Part shown: positions 60,262 to 64,000 of the stretch, in pieces
Layout of the letters: each line of letters begins with the position of its first letter
How positions within the stretch are numbered: the first letter of the stretch is position 1
Assembly: GCA_902805885.1 (NCBI GenBank)
Contig: CADCUM010000027.1
Coordinates: forward strand, 35,458 to 99,457
Source of the DNA: an uncultured Nocardioides sp.
GTDB taxonomy: Bacteria > Actinomycetota > Actinomycetes > Propionibacteriales > Nocardioidaceae
Length of the DNA stretch: 64,000 nt
Direction: 5' to 3'
Made by a program: the position numbers and the translations under genes
The notes under the pieces: generated by a model
Told to the model about the DNA's origin: nothing
The model's input: the letters and a program-made list of their open reading frames with translations, nothing else
The model's database searches: none

Positions 60262-60290
60262 ATTCTATCGAACACCTGTTCGATCGACAA
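60262..60290 (-). promoter_or_regulatory. LexA (SOS) box inside a leaderless promoter
   Basis: TCGAACacctGTTCGA (60268-60283) between TTGTCG (-35) and TAGAAT (-10); ATG 5 nt after the -10. Confidence 0.85.
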
Positions 60291-60562
60291 GGCGGTACAA
60301 ACGCGTGTGCACACCGCGACCGGCCGCCATCCGCGTTGCTCGGGCCGGCGTCACGACGCACGGCTCGGACCACTCCGACCCACCCGCCAGCGCCAGGACC
60401 CGCCGGGGCGTCGCCACCGAGACGTCCTCACTCGCCCCGAGCGCGCCTCCCCCGACCGGCCACGCCGCCCGAGGCGGAGCGCTCCGCCGTACCCACCCGG
60501 ACGGCCGTTCCACGTCCGGAGGCGAGACAGTATGTTCGCCGCACACACCTCGGAGGCAGACC

Positions 60563-61434
60563 ATGGACGAGCTCGACCAGCAGACGGTGCCGGTCTTCTT
60601 CCTCTCCGACTCCACCGGCATCAGCGCCGAGATCATGGGCAACGCGCTGCTCATCCAGTTCCCCGACCTGCGCTTCGACCGCACGCTGATCCCGTTCATC
60701 AACAGCGTCGAGGAGGCCCGCGGCGTGGTCGCGCAGCTCGACGAGGCGATGGACGGACCGGTCCCCCCGCTGGTGTTCACCACCGCCGCCGACGACGTCG
60801 TGCGCCAGGAGCTGCTCAAGACCCGCGCCACGATCATCGACTTCTTCGAGATGCACATGTCCAAGGTCGAGGCGGTGCTCGGCCGCGCCGGCGTGCGGCA
60901 GAGCGCCCGGCTGCACGGCGTCGGCGACATGGTCCGCTACAACCAGCGGATGGCCGCGATCGAGTTCACGATCGAGCACGACGACGGCCAGAGCCTGCGC
61001 GCGCTCGAGAAGGCCGACGTGATCCTGCTCGCGCCCTCGCGGTGCGGCAAGACGCCGACGAGCATGTACCTCGCGCTCCAGCACGGCCTCTTCGTCGCCA
61101 ACTACCCCCTCGTCGAGGAGGACCTCGACTCCGAGCACCTGCCCGCCCCGGTGGCGCCGTACGCCGCCCGCTGCTTCGGCCTGTCCAGCACCGTCGAGCG
61201 GCTCAGCCGCGTGCGCGACCAGCGCCGGCCGGGATCGCGGTACTCGTCGGCCGACCAGTGCCGCTGGGAGCTGCGGCGCGCCGCCGAGCTCTACCGCGCC
61301 CACCGCATCCCCACCATCGACTCCTCGGCGAAGTCCGTCGAGGAGATCTCCGCCCTCATCCTGCAGACGCTCAAGCACGACGCCCGGTCGGACCGACCCC
61401 GGTCGCGACGCCGGCCCCACGAAGGGACACCCGC

Positions 61435-61438
<4 letters not shown>
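60563..61438 (+). CDS. ppsR: PEP synthase regulatory protein (kinase/pyrophosphorylase)
   Basis: [34 protein letters not shown] and SVEE. Confidence 0.9.
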
Positions 61439-63843
<2,405 letters not shown>

Positions 63844-63857
63844 GCCGGGCTGCCGCC

Positions 63858-64000
63858 GTGCCATCCGTCGTGCCCCCGGACGTGCTGCTGGTCGGCTGCG
63901 GCGACCTCGGCTCGGCGGTCGGGCTCCGGCTGGCCGGCCTGGGCCACGGCGTCGTCGCCCTGCGCCGCGACGCCGCCAAGGTCCCGGCCCCGCTCCGCGG
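63858..64000 (+). CDS. NAD-dependent epimerase/SDR (5' part; runs off the window)
   Basis: Manual translation [17 protein letters not shown]...VVALRR (Rossmann GxGxxG). Confidence 0.7.
   Translation, partial: MPSVVPPDVLLVGCGDLGSAVGLRLAGLGHGVVALRRDAAKVPAPLR

Overview
High-GC actinobacterial chromosome segment; gene content and order resemble Nocardioides/Propionibacteriales (inference, not a database result). The backbone is the dispersed purine/central-metabolism region: purF (partial), purL, purQ, purS, purC, purB, purD and purA on the minus strand, then class I lysS, fbaA, pyrE, pepN and ppsR-ppsA. Peptidases, regulators, two ECF sigma/anti-sigma pairs and transporters are interleaved. No rRNA, tRNA, CRISPR array or recognisable transposase/integrase was seen. 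Two loci stand out. (1) An orphan four-gene type VII secretion (ESX/WXG100-like) substrate locus at 8.1-11.5 kb between purL and purQ, including an apparent EspC-like + WXG/EspA-like fusion with a cationic amphipathic helix followed by a very acidic partner. (2) A run of small co-oriented, atypical-codon genes at 56.8-58.7 kb, each preceded by a copy of a shared 17-24 bp motif (cassette-array-like), next to a LexA-box-controlled DUF222/HNH gene whose Zn-binding cysteines are lost; weaker copies of the motif occur in a second accessory patch at 50.3-50.8 kb. Many genes look leaderless. Family names come from motif recognition by eye, not from searches.
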